64,000 nucleotides of DNA from an uncultured Chitinophaga sp. (lineage in GTDB: Bacteria; Bacteroidota; Bacteroidia; Chitinophagales; LD1), in the NCBI GenBank assembly GCA_964631835.1, contig CAZWAD010000016.1:8297-72296 (forward strand), written 5' to 3'. This document shows, piece after piece, positions 8,040 to 17,155 of this stretch. The notes beneath the pieces are model-generated. The model saw only the letters and a list, made by a program, of their open reading frames with translations, did not search any database and had not been told where the DNA came from. Made by a program: the position numbers and the translations under genes. Positions within the stretch are counted from its first letter, which is position 1. Every line of letters starts with the position of its first letter.

Positions 8040-10466
8040 TTACTGCGTCAAAGTAAACTCAAACGGAACAATCAGTTTTACACTCAGGTTTCTACCCGCG
8101 TTCCATATCCCCTGCCTACCGGTGGCGGGGTTTACCGGTGCATACTTCAGGCGGCTCAGGTGGCTTTGGTAAGTTTTGTTGAGAAGGTTCTGTGCAGCAA
8201 AAACAAACGACAGAACCTTGGTTTTGCCTTTTACATAAACATCGAAACCCAGCGAAGCGCCCAGCAACGGATAGCCGGGGGTGGAGGTTTCGGTGTTGTT
8301 CTGGCGCAATACATTTTTCTGCGTGAAATAGTATTCCAGGTTCATTTCGATAAAAACATTGCGGAACATTTTATCGGGCTTCTGCCATTCCCCGCGCAGC
8401 TCGGAGCGTATTCTTGCCGGAGGAATAAACGGAAGGAATCTGGCACTGCCGCTTTCGCTCAGATTTTGGGCATATACATACCCCACCGAGTTTTCGAAGT
8501 GGAGCCAGTCAAGAGGGTGCGGGTGGGCATCTATCAGAAACTCCCCACCGGTAAGAATGGCGTGGCCCTGCTTATAACCATAGGCGGAAACCGGGTCATC
8601 GGGGTCAGGTATGCTGTCGCCTCCGTTCGCACTGCTTAGCTTGGCAATAAAAATAAAGTTCCGGATATAGTTGGCGAACAAACTCAAATCAAGATTCACA
8701 TGGTCGGAATTAAAGCTCACCCCGGCATCGGCCTGGTAATTCGATTCCGGCTTCAGATTCCGGTTGCCGTATTCATAGCGTATACTGCCTTCGTGAACAC
8801 CGTTGGAACTAAGCTCAGCCATGTTCGGTGCCCGAAAGCCTTTGGCAAAGTTGAGTTTCAGCAGCCAGTATTTTGAAAAGCTGTATGAAATTCCTGCACT
8901 GCCGCTGGCATTGAAAAAATTTGTTTTCACCCTGCTGAACTTTAAGAAAGCGGTGGAATCATTTTCGTTTACAGGCTCGCCATTGGTATTCAGGTAAAGT
9001 GAACCGGATTGAAGAAACCGCTGATCGAACCGCATGCCGGCTTCAAAATACAGTCTGCCGAATCTGCGTTGGGTAATTGCGAAAAAACCGTAGTCGAACA
9101 ACTGGTAACCGGGGATAATGAACTCAGCCCCTTTGTTTTCGCTGCGTTGATACATGCCGCTGATACCGAAAGCGGTGTTCCAGTTTTTCATTTCGGGCAG
9201 ATGATATTGAAAATCATAAGTGAAAGAATTCATGCTGAAGAAAATATTTGCTTCGCGGGGACTCATAACGTTGCCGAATTCCCTCCGCTGGTTGAGCTGC
9301 CAGGAAAAATTCATTGCCAAGTTGGAATGACCGATAATAATGTTCGATTGCGAAGAAACGCGATGATGATTAACGCGCTGGTTGGGAACAAAAATTTTGT
9401 ATCCGCCAGATTCGCCTGACGAAACAGTGCGGAGATAAACAGAATCATTTACCACTGTCTCGCGGAGAAATTTCCCGATGCTGTCGCGTTCTCCCTCATT
9501 AAAACCAATTTGCTGATTAAACGAGCTGAAAGAAACTTTTGTAAAACCCCAGCGCTTGGTAATACCAAACATTGCGTTGCCGTTCCACTCGTTGAAACCG
9601 GTATTGAAAACCTTTCCGTCATATTTGTTTTCATATCCGCCTGCGTGTTTTGTGCTGCCGCGTATGAGCCAGTTAAATCCGTTCACATTTCCATGGTTCA
9701 TCAAACTTGCACTCAGCAAATTATTGTTCGACTGATAATGGATAATCGCGCTGCCCGAAATTTTCCCTTCGGCAGTGTGCTCGGGCTGAAGGAAATTGAT
9801 GACCCCGGCAATGGCATCGGAGCCGTAAACCAGGCTTCCTGGGCCCTTGATAATTTCAGCTTTCTCTACCGAAAGCTCATCTATCTCCACTCCGTGCTCA
9901 TCGCCCCACTGCTGCCCTTCCTGACGGAAACCGTCATTGAGCACCACCACCCGGTTATATCCCAACCCGCGGATAACCGGCTTGGACACAGCGGCACCGG
10001 TAGTTATTTGTGAAACGCCCGGTTGCCGCGAAATGGCATCGACCAGGTTAGCAGCAGCGCTTTGCTCCAGCTTTTTTTCGCTCATTACCGAAACAGAAAC
10101 AGGCGATTCGCGGAGTTGGGTAGCGCGCGAAACCCCGGTAACCATCACATCGGAAAGCTCAGCTACTGTTTCATCGAGCTTAATATTTACAGAAGTATCA
10201 ATCTGTAAATTGATGGAAAAGGTTTGTGCCGCATAACCGATATACTTCACCACCGCTGAAAACTTTCCCCTTGGAAGGTTGCCGAATCTGAAGGCACCGG
10301 TGGAATCAGTCACCGAACCGCGTTTCAGGTCGGGAAAATATATTGCCGCGTTGTCCAGGGCTGTATCTGTTCTGCTGTCGGAAATTTTTCCGGTAAGCTG
10401 TATTTGCCCGATGGCCGGAATGGCTGCAAGGGAAAACACCAGAGACCATAAAATGTTTTTCATCAT
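8040..10466 (-). CDS. TonB-dependent receptor (N-terminal carboxypeptidase-regulatory-like domain, plug, beta-barrel); metal uptake is an inference
   Basis: Signal peptide, plug motif SKPVIRGLGYNRVVVLNDGFRQEGQQWGDEHG, barrel segments (GMRFD, FRAPNMAEL, NLLNKTYQSHLSRLKY), and a His-rich upstream leader. Confidence 0.93.
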   Translation of the reverse strand: MMKNILWSLVFSLAAIPAIGQIQLTGKISDSRTDTALDNAAIYFPDLKRGSVTDSTGAFRFGNLPRGKFSAVVKYIGYAAQTFSINLQIDTSVNIKLDETVAELSDVMVTGVSRATQLRESPVSVSVMSEKKLEQSAAANLVDAISRQPGVSQITTGAAVSKPVIRGLGYNRVVVLNDGFRQEGQQWGDEHGVEIDELSVEKAEIIKGPGSLVYGSDAIAGVINFLQPEHTAEGKISGSAIIHYQSNNNLLSASLMNHGNVNGFNWLIRGSTKHAGGYENKYDGKVFNTGFNEWNGNAMFGITKRWGFTKVSFSSFNQQIGFNEGERDSIGKFLRETVVNDSVYLRTVSSGESGGYKIFVPNQRVNHHRVSSQSNIIIGHSNLAMNFSWQLNQRREFGNVMSPREANIFFSMNSFTYDFQYHLPEMKNWNTAFGISGMYQRSENKGAEFIIPGYQLFDYGFFAITQRRFGRLYFEAGMRFDQRFLQSGSLYLNTNGEPVNENDSTAFLKFSRVKTNFFNASGSAGISYSFSKYWLLKLNFAKGFRAPNMAELSSNGVHEGSIRYEYGNRNLKPESNYQADAGVSFNSDHVNLDLSLFANYIRNFIFIAKLSSANGGDSIPDPDDPVSAYGYKQGHAILTGGEFLIDAHPHPLDWLHFENSVGYVYAQNLSESGSARFLPFIPPARIRSELRGEWQKPDKMFRNVFIEMNLEYYFTQKNVLRQNNTETSTPGYPLLGASLGFDVYVKGKTKVLSFVFAAQNLLNKTYQSHLSRLKYAPVNPATGRQGIWNAGRNLSVKLIVPFEFTLTQ

Positions 10467-10494
10467 AAAACCATTAAAAAATCAGGAAAGAAAA

Positions 10495-10548
10495 TTTACG
10501 GCTTCAGCCGTAAAGAGGAATTTGCCCCGCTTTTCGCAGAACAAATTC
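10495..10548 (-). promoter_or_regulatory. Two tandem hairpins between leader ORF and TonB receptor (candidate attenuator)
   Basis: Minus strand: GAATTTG-TTCTGC-GAAAA-GCGGGG-CAAATTC (10548-10518), then TTTACGGC-TGAA-GCCGTAAA (10514-10495) followed by TTTTCTTTCC. Confidence 0.6.
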
Positions 10549-10885
10549 AAACAGGTGATGAAGTTTGGGGAGGCCCGCGCAGAAAATGATGCGAATAATC
10601 AGTGGCAGGAATATTTCTTTGATATAAAAAAGCGGGTTGATAACTGAAAAATACAGGTTGGCAGGCAGTATGTGCAGCTATTTCATCAGTGAAGAGCGAC
10701 ACATCGAATTTACATACAGAGCAGTGGGCATGTTCCTCATCCTGATGTAAATGGTTTTCGCAATGTTCGGCAATTGAATGATGCTCTGAAAACAGATAGT
10801 GAGTCTCCTGAACCGAAACGGTAAACAAAACAATTAACGAAAAAGCAAAAGCAGGAATTCTGTATGTAATACCTTTGAATTTCAT
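10547..10885 (-). CDS. DUF2946-like leader/arrest peptide (TM, His-rich, CxxC, C-terminal RGPP)
   Basis: N-terminal hydrophobic helix, EHHSIAEHCENHLHQDEEHAHCSVCKF, and FLRGPP near the C-terminus; directly upstream of the TonB receptor. Confidence 0.8.
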   Translation of the reverse strand: MKFKGITYRIPAFAFSLIVLFTVSVQETHYLFSEHHSIAEHCENHLHQDEEHAHCSVCKFDVSLFTDEIAAHTACQPVFFSYQPAFLYQRNIPATDYSHHFLRGPPQTSSPV

Positions 10886-10924
10886 GTGCCTGTCAAAAAT
10901 AATTACTTTCAGGTATTACTTATT

Positions 10925-11419
10925 ATGAAGAAAGAACTGGTTTTAATCCGCCACACCAAATCAAGCTGGGGCAACTTTTCGCTACCCGATTTTGACCGCC
11001 CTTTAAAGAAAGACCGGATTGATGATGCCCACCGGATGGCAGTTAAATTAAAACAACTGAATCTTCAGCTCGATTTGATTATTTGCAGCCCTGCGCTACG
11101 CACCAAACAAACTGCCGGGCATTTTTGCAATGTGCTCGGTTATGATTTCAATAAAATCAATTTTGACAGCAGGCTTTATGAATCTTCTGCGGAAGAATAT
11201 CTGAAAGTAATTCAGCAAATTGACTCCCGGTTTGGAACTGTAATAATCATTGGTCATAACCCCTCCATAACGGACCTTACCAGTTTGCTCCTGAACGAAA
11301 GAACAGGTGAAATTCCTACAACCGGAACCGTGTGGCTTGAATTTGAAAGTAAGGGGTGGAAAATAAGCAAGGAAACTATCGTTAAATTAAAACACTTCCT
11401 GACTCCTAAAGCAATTTGA
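10925..11419 (+). CDS. sixA: SixA-like histidine phosphatase
   Basis: LVLIRHTKS, DFDRPL, CSPALRTKQTA, IIIGHNP. Start at MKKELV (10925). Confidence 0.88.
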   Translation: MKKELVLIRHTKSSWGNFSLPDFDRPLKKDRIDDAHRMAVKLKQLNLQLDLIICSPALRTKQTAGHFCNVLGYDFNKINFDSRLYESSAEEYLKVIQQIDSRFGTVIIIGHNPSITDLTSLLLNERTGEIPTTGTVWLEFESKGWKISKETIVKLKHFLTPKAI

Positions 11420-11446
11420 CAAACATTTCTCCGTTAAGTAATTGTG

Positions 11447-11575
11447 ATGAAACCGACCTGCAAAATTGCAATTATTGTTTCTATTGCCCTCCTGCTTTTC
11501 CTACAATCATGTGTTGTAAAAAGAGATTGCCGGGGTAACGTAAAGCATAAACTCTCCAACGGTATCTGGATTTAG
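11447..11575 (+). CDS. Small putative lipoprotein (42 aa), below ORF-track cutoff
   Basis: MKPTCKIAIIVSIALLLFLQSCVVKRDCRGNVKHKLSNGIWI*: basic N-terminus, hydrophobic stretch, lipobox-like LQSC; fills the sixA-ppk1 gap. Confidence 0.7.
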   Translation: MKPTCKIAIIVSIALLLFLQSCVVKRDCRGNVKHKLSNGIWI

Positions 11576-11692
11576 TTACAGGTTAATTTTTTGTTATCTT
11601 TCCAGGTAAGTGTTTTTTATATCCCGTATTCTTCTAATTTCGACACCCCGCAACTAAAGTCAACCGCCATTTTTTGTAAGTTGATGTTTATT

Positions 11693-13753
11693 ATGTCTAA
11701 GCAGATAAAGTTTATAAACAGAGAAATAAGCTGGCTATCCTTCAACGGACGGGTACTTCAGGAAGCTGCAGACCCCAGTGTTCCAGTAATTGAGCGCCTT
11801 CGGTTTCTCGGAATTTTTTCAAATAACCAGGACGAGTTTTTCCGGGTTCGTATAGCCACACTCAAAAGGCTGGTTGTTTTGGGTAAGAAAGCCAAAGCAA
11901 CCATTCATTTTAAACCCAAAAAAATTCTTGGCGAAGTTCAGAAAATCGTGCTTTCGCAAGGCTCACTTTTCGAAAAAACATACACTGATATACAACGCCA
12001 ACTGCGAAAACACAGCATTTTCATTATTAACGAGAACCAGCTTTCACATGCACAGAAAGATTTTGTCAAAAATTACTTCGATGAAAACGTACGCCCTGCT
12101 TTAGTTCCCGTGATGATTAACCAGGTAAAAAATTTCCCTTACCTGAAAGATAAAGTCATTTACCTTGCAATTAAACTTTATGTCAAAGATAGACCGAACC
12201 TGAAGCAGTATGCGCTGATTGAAATTCCGACCGATGTAGTGGAGCGGTTTATTATCCTCCCCTCTCACAATCAAAACAAGTATCTCATTTTGCTTGATGA
12301 TGTGATTCGCTTCAACCTGCCCGAAATATTTTCCTTCTTTCCTTACAACAAAATGGAAGCTTACACCCTTAAAGTTACCCGCGATGCGGAGTTGGATATT
12401 GACAACGATATTTCGCAAAGCTTTATTGATAAAATTTCGAAGAGTGTGAAAGCCCGGCAAAAAGGAAATCCCGTTCGCTTTGTTTATGACTCTGCTATGC
12501 CGAAAGATTTGTTCGCTTTTATCAAACAGAGGATGAAGTTGCGCGACTCAGATAACCTACTTCCGGGCGGGCGGTATCACAACTTCAAAGATTTCATGCG
12601 GTTTCCGGCCATAGGAACCCGCAACCTGATGTATCAAAAGCTGAAGCCACTACAACACAAGCTGCTTAAACCCGGCCGCAGTTTTTTCGATGTCCTGAAA
12701 AAGCAGGACATCATGCTTCACTACCCATATCATAACTTTGCACAGTTTATCGACTTGCTGCGCGAGGCCGCCATTGACCCGGATGTAAGAACCATAAAAA
12801 TTACCCTATACCGTGTTGCGCGGAAGTCAATGGTTATTAATGCTCTGATAAACGCGGCTCAAAACGGAAAGCATGTCATTGCTGTACTCGAACTGCAGGC
12901 ACGCTTTGATGAAGAGGCAAATATAAGCTGGGCAAAATATTTACAGGATAACGGAATACAAGTTATTTATGGCGTACCGGGCTTAAAAGTTCACTCCAAG
13001 TTGTGTTTAATAACCAGAAATGAAAGCGGTAAGCTTCATCATTATACAAACATCACCACCGGAAACTATAACGAAATTTCCTCTCAGGTGTATTGCGATG
13101 ATTCTTTGTTTACCAGCGATTCGCGCATAACCCGTGAAGTTGAAAACGTGTTTGAGTTTTTTGAAAAAAACTACAAGGTGCATAACTTCAAGCATCTGGT
13201 TCTTTCACCGCACTCAACGCGGAAAAAATTCCTGAGAATGTTCGACAACGAAATTGAATTTGCCAACACCGGAAAGAAAGCCGAAGTTTTTTTGAAGCTG
13301 AACAGCCTGGTGGATGAAGAACTGATAGAAAAGATGTACGAAGCAAGCAAAGCAGGTGTAAAAATTCGTGCTATTGTGCGCGGAATATGCGCTTTGATTC
13401 CGGGAGTTAAAGGATTGAGTGAAAATATTGAAGTAATTAGCATAGTGGACAGATTGCTCGAACATTCCCGCGTTTTCTTTTTCAAAAATGGGGGCGAACA
13501 GCTCTGCTATATTTCTTCAGCCGATTGGATGGCTCGCAACCTTGACTCGCGGATAGAGGTAAGTTGCCCGATATATGATAAGCGAATCCAAAGAGAACTT
13601 TTGAAGATACTTGAAATTCAATGGAGTGATAATACTAAAGCGAGAATTGTTGATGCCACCCAGCAAAATCTCCACCGTACTACCAGCCTTTCAAAAAAGA
13701 AAATAAGAGCGCAGGTCTCTATTTATACTTACCTGAATGCAGGCAGAAAGTAG
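11693..13753 (+). CDS. ppk1: Polyphosphate kinase 1
   Basis: FINREISWLSFNGRVLQEA, NQDEFFRVR, ELQARFDEEANI, KVHSK, LEHSRVFFF, SSADWMARNLDSRIE. Start estimated at MSKQIKF. Confidence 0.97.
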   Translation: MSKQIKFINREISWLSFNGRVLQEAADPSVPVIERLRFLGIFSNNQDEFFRVRIATLKRLVVLGKKAKATIHFKPKKILGEVQKIVLSQGSLFEKTYTDIQRQLRKHSIFIINENQLSHAQKDFVKNYFDENVRPALVPVMINQVKNFPYLKDKVIYLAIKLYVKDRPNLKQYALIEIPTDVVERFIILPSHNQNKYLILLDDVIRFNLPEIFSFFPYNKMEAYTLKVTRDAELDIDNDISQSFIDKISKSVKARQKGNPVRFVYDSAMPKDLFAFIKQRMKLRDSDNLLPGGRYHNFKDFMRFPAIGTRNLMYQKLKPLQHKLLKPGRSFFDVLKKQDIMLHYPYHNFAQFIDLLREAAIDPDVRTIKITLYRVARKSMVINALINAAQNGKHVIAVLELQARFDEEANISWAKYLQDNGIQVIYGVPGLKVHSKLCLITRNESGKLHHYTNITTGNYNEISSQVYCDDSLFTSDSRITREVENVFEFFEKNYKVHNFKHLVLSPHSTRKKFLRMFDNEIEFANTGKKAEVFLKLNSLVDEELIEKMYEASKAGVKIRAIVRGICALIPGVKGLSENIEVISIVDRLLEHSRVFFFKNGGEQLCYISSADWMARNLDSRIEVSCPIYDKRIQRELLKILEIQWSDNTKARIVDATQQNLHRTTSLSKKKIRAQVSIYTYLNAGRK

Positions 13754-13848
13754 GTTCTCTTTTTCTTGTGTTTTTTTACCATAAAGTACACTTTTGTTAT
13801 TGCTTTACCTGAATAGTTTGCTATTTTTATACAAGGGTAGTCAAAAAC

Positions 13849-15444
13849 ATGAAAGTTACTTTTGCCGCTATAGGTTCCGAACAGTTAGCTATTGGGTTAC
13901 TGTCAGCCATTGCGAAACGCGATGGACATAAAGTTAGCCTTGCCTTTAGTGCAAGCTTGTTCCACGACAGATTTAATCTTGAAATACCATGGCTTGCAAA
14001 GTATTTTGACGATACGGAACACCTTTTGCAAGAAATTGAAGAACAAAAGCCCGATGTAATTGCATTTTCGGTTATTACGTCAACCTATCAATGGAGTTTG
14101 CACATAGCCCGCGAGGTAAAAAAACGAATGCCTCATGTAAAATCTGTTTTTGGGGGAGTCCACATTTCCGCTGTTCCTGAAAGAGTTATTGCGCTACCCG
14201 AAGTGGATTATGTGGTAGTGGGTGAAGGAGAACTTGCCTTCCCTCAAATCTTAAAGGCTATAGAATTTGAGGATTTGACTACGCCTATTCTCAACACAAG
14301 ATTTCGCGATAAACAAGGAAATATCATCAAAGGTCCCCAAGTGGGTTTTAACCAAGATTTAGATGCACTCCCGGCTTTTGACAAAACTATTTGGGAAGAA
14401 TATATCCGAATTGAAGACAAATATTTGACCATGACAAGCCGCGGCTGTCCCTATCGCTGCACCTTTTGTTTCAATAATTTTTTTGCTGAATTACCTGAAG
14501 GCAGAAAAGGCAAATATGTTAGGGTAAGAAGCGTAGAACATGTAATGAATGAGTTAAGGGCAGCTAAAAAGCGTTATCCTAATTTAAGAGCAGTGGATTT
14601 CCAGGATGACGTGTTTACTACAAGTAAGCCATGGCTTAAAAAATTTCTGCCGCTTTATAAAGAAGAAATAGGTGTGCCGTTTCAGTGCCTTACACATCCT
14701 CAGTATATGGATGAAGAAATTGCACAATGGCTTAAAGATGCAGGATGCACAACCGTTCAAATTGGCGTACAATCTTTAGATGAAAATTATAAGAAACAAA
14801 GCCTGCGCAGATATGAGCGTTCAGATAATGTATTGGAAGCTGCGCGTGCTATTAACAGCGTAGGCATAAACAGTAAGTTTGACCACATGCTTGGCTTACC
14901 CGGTGAGCCTATTGAAGCGCAGGCGACAGCTCTTGAACTTTACAGGCAGGAACCCCCTAAGCGCATGCAAATATTCTGGACATGTTTCTTGCCCGGCACA
15001 GAAATTATGAAAGAAGGGCTAGAACACGGTATTATTGATGAAGCCCAGGCCGAAAGATTGAATGACGGCAAGGATTTTTACTTCTACCACAATGTAGACA
15101 ATATTAAGAACCCTGCATTAGTAAAGGAATATTTTGCCTATGAAGTAATTTTCAGAATGTTGCCCGTAATGCCCAGACTTCTCAGAAGAAGAATTTTACC
15201 TAAACATGTTAAATGGATTCCTAAGTCATTTGCCTTTGCTGTGATAAATGCAACAGATGTTTTTTCCGGCTTGTGGTGGGGCAATATGGAGATTTATGCT
15301 TACATGCGTCATTACTTGTTCCATTTATGGCGCTTTGTACTGATTAAAATGAGTATCAAGCCCCCGAAAGCAACTAAAAAAGCAAAATCTGAATCAGCAG
15401 ATTTAATTATTCCTCAGGTAAAAATTTCAGTGCAAAATACTTGA
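13849..15444 (+). CDS. B12-binding radical SAM protein
   Basis: N-terminal cobalamin-binding region (PDVIAFS, FGGVHIS, GEGE) and TSRGCPYRCTFC cluster motif. Confidence 0.92.
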   Translation: MKVTFAAIGSEQLAIGLLSAIAKRDGHKVSLAFSASLFHDRFNLEIPWLAKYFDDTEHLLQEIEEQKPDVIAFSVITSTYQWSLHIAREVKKRMPHVKSVFGGVHISAVPERVIALPEVDYVVVGEGELAFPQILKAIEFEDLTTPILNTRFRDKQGNIIKGPQVGFNQDLDALPAFDKTIWEEYIRIEDKYLTMTSRGCPYRCTFCFNNFFAELPEGRKGKYVRVRSVEHVMNELRAAKKRYPNLRAVDFQDDVFTTSKPWLKKFLPLYKEEIGVPFQCLTHPQYMDEEIAQWLKDAGCTTVQIGVQSLDENYKKQSLRRYERSDNVLEAARAINSVGINSKFDHMLGLPGEPIEAQATALELYRQEPPKRMQIFWTCFLPGTEIMKEGLEHGIIDEAQAERLNDGKDFYFYHNVDNIKNPALVKEYFAYEVIFRMLPVMPRLLRRRILPKHVKWIPKSFAFAVINATDVFSGLWWGNMEIYAYMRHYLFHLWRFVLIKMSIKPPKATKKAKSESADLIIPQVKISVQNT

Positions 15445-15487
15445 AGATGATCCGCTTTACGGAATTTACTGAAGTAAATGCAAATGC

Positions 15488-17063
15488 ATGAAAATTACTT
15501 TTGTTGCTATTGGCTCCGAACAGTTGTCAATAAGCCTGCTTTCAGCTATGGCAAAGGGGGCAGGGCATAAAGTAAGTTTAGCCTACAGTGCTGGTTTATT
15601 TCACGACCGGCTATATTTAGAAATCCCTACCCTCGCAAAATATTTTGATGACACAGAATTTGTTTTGCAAAAAATCGAAAAAATACAGCCTGATGTGGTT
15701 GCATTTTCTGTTATTACTTCTACTTACCAATGGAATTTGGCCATAGCCCGCGAGATGAAGAAAAGACTTCCTGCCGTGAAAACAGTTTTTGGCGGGGTAC
15801 ACATTTCAGCCGTACCTGACCGGGTAATGAAGCGACCCGAAGTTGATTATGCTGTAGTTGGAGAAGGAGAGCCTGCATTTTTAGAAATATTAAAGTCCAT
15901 TGAAGTCAAAGATTTTGCTACGCCAATTCCAAATACCAGATATCGTAATAGCTGGGGAAATATTATTAAAGGTCCTCAGGTAGGCTTTTATCAAGATTTG
16001 GATACGCTGCCAGCGTATGATAAAACCATTTGGGAAGAATATTTGCATATTGAAGACAGGTATATGACTATGGCAAGTCGGGGTTGCCCTTATCGTTGTA
16101 CTTTCTGCTTTAATAACTTCTTTGCCGAGCTACCTGAAGGGAAAAAGGGCAAATATGTGAGACTCAGAAGCCCTCAACATATGATGGCTGAATTGAGGGA
16201 GGCAAAAACGAGGTATCCAAATTTGCGGGGGGTAGATTTTCAGGACGATGTATTTACTACAAGCAAACAATGGCTAAAAGAATTTTTGCCGATTTACAAG
16301 AAAGAAATCGGTGTTCCTTTTCAGTGCCTCACTCACCCTCAATACATGGACGATGAAGTTGCTTTTTTACTGAAAGATGCAGGATGTTGCGCGGTGCAAA
16401 TGGGGGTTCAATCTTTAGATGAAAAATATAAAAAAGAAAACCTGCGGAGATATGAACGGTCAGATAATATAGTAAAAGCTACGCGGTCTATAAACCTGGC
16501 AGGATTGCATGGTAAATTTGACCACATGATGGGGTCTGCCTGGTGAACCTGTAGAAGCCCAGGCAATAGCTTTGGAATTGTACAAACAAGAGGCTCCCAG
16601 CCGGATACAAGTGTTTTGGACATCGTTTTTACCCGGAACGGAAATGATGAAAGACGCTCTTGAACAAGGAACTTTGGATGAATCAACAGCCGAACGACTT
16701 AATGAGGGCAAGGACTTTTATTTTTATCATAATACTGACAATATCAAACACCCTGGGTTGATAAAGTTGTATTTTGCGTACGAAGTGATTTTCCGAATGC
16801 TTCCAATAATGCCCGCTTTTATTCGAAAACGAATAAAACCGCAACATGTTATCTGGATACCGAAGCCTATTGCTATAACACTTTTGAATGTTGCGGACTT
16901 ATTAAATTGTTTTTGGTGGAACATGGAGGTTTATGCCTACTTCCGGTATTACATAACCCACACTTTCCGGTTTGCCTCTTTAAAACTGAAAAAAATTTTC
17001 CCTCGTGTTATCAAGCAAAGCTTCAACAACCCCAAAATGTTTCGTCAGGCATATTATAAATAA
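15488..17063 (+). pseudogene. Tandem paralog of the B12 radical SAM gene, split by a +1 frameshift at about 16531-16534
   Basis: ORFs 15488-16546 and 16572-17063 align with the N- and C-terminal parts of the 13849 protein. ATG ATG GGGG TCTG CCT GGT GAA has one extra G relative to the paralog's MLGLPGEP. Confidence 0.85.
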
Positions 17064-17155
17064 CAAGGTAAATCGTATTAAGCAAGCCTTCAAGCTATTA
17101 TCGCGCTAAGTTTTTCTGTTGCATATTTACCAATTAATTGAGTTTAGTATTTGAT

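Noticed and set aside
16531-16534. Phase-variable homopolymer
   Set aside because: G4 is too short for typical slipped-strand contingency loci; a point indel or sequencing error is more likely.
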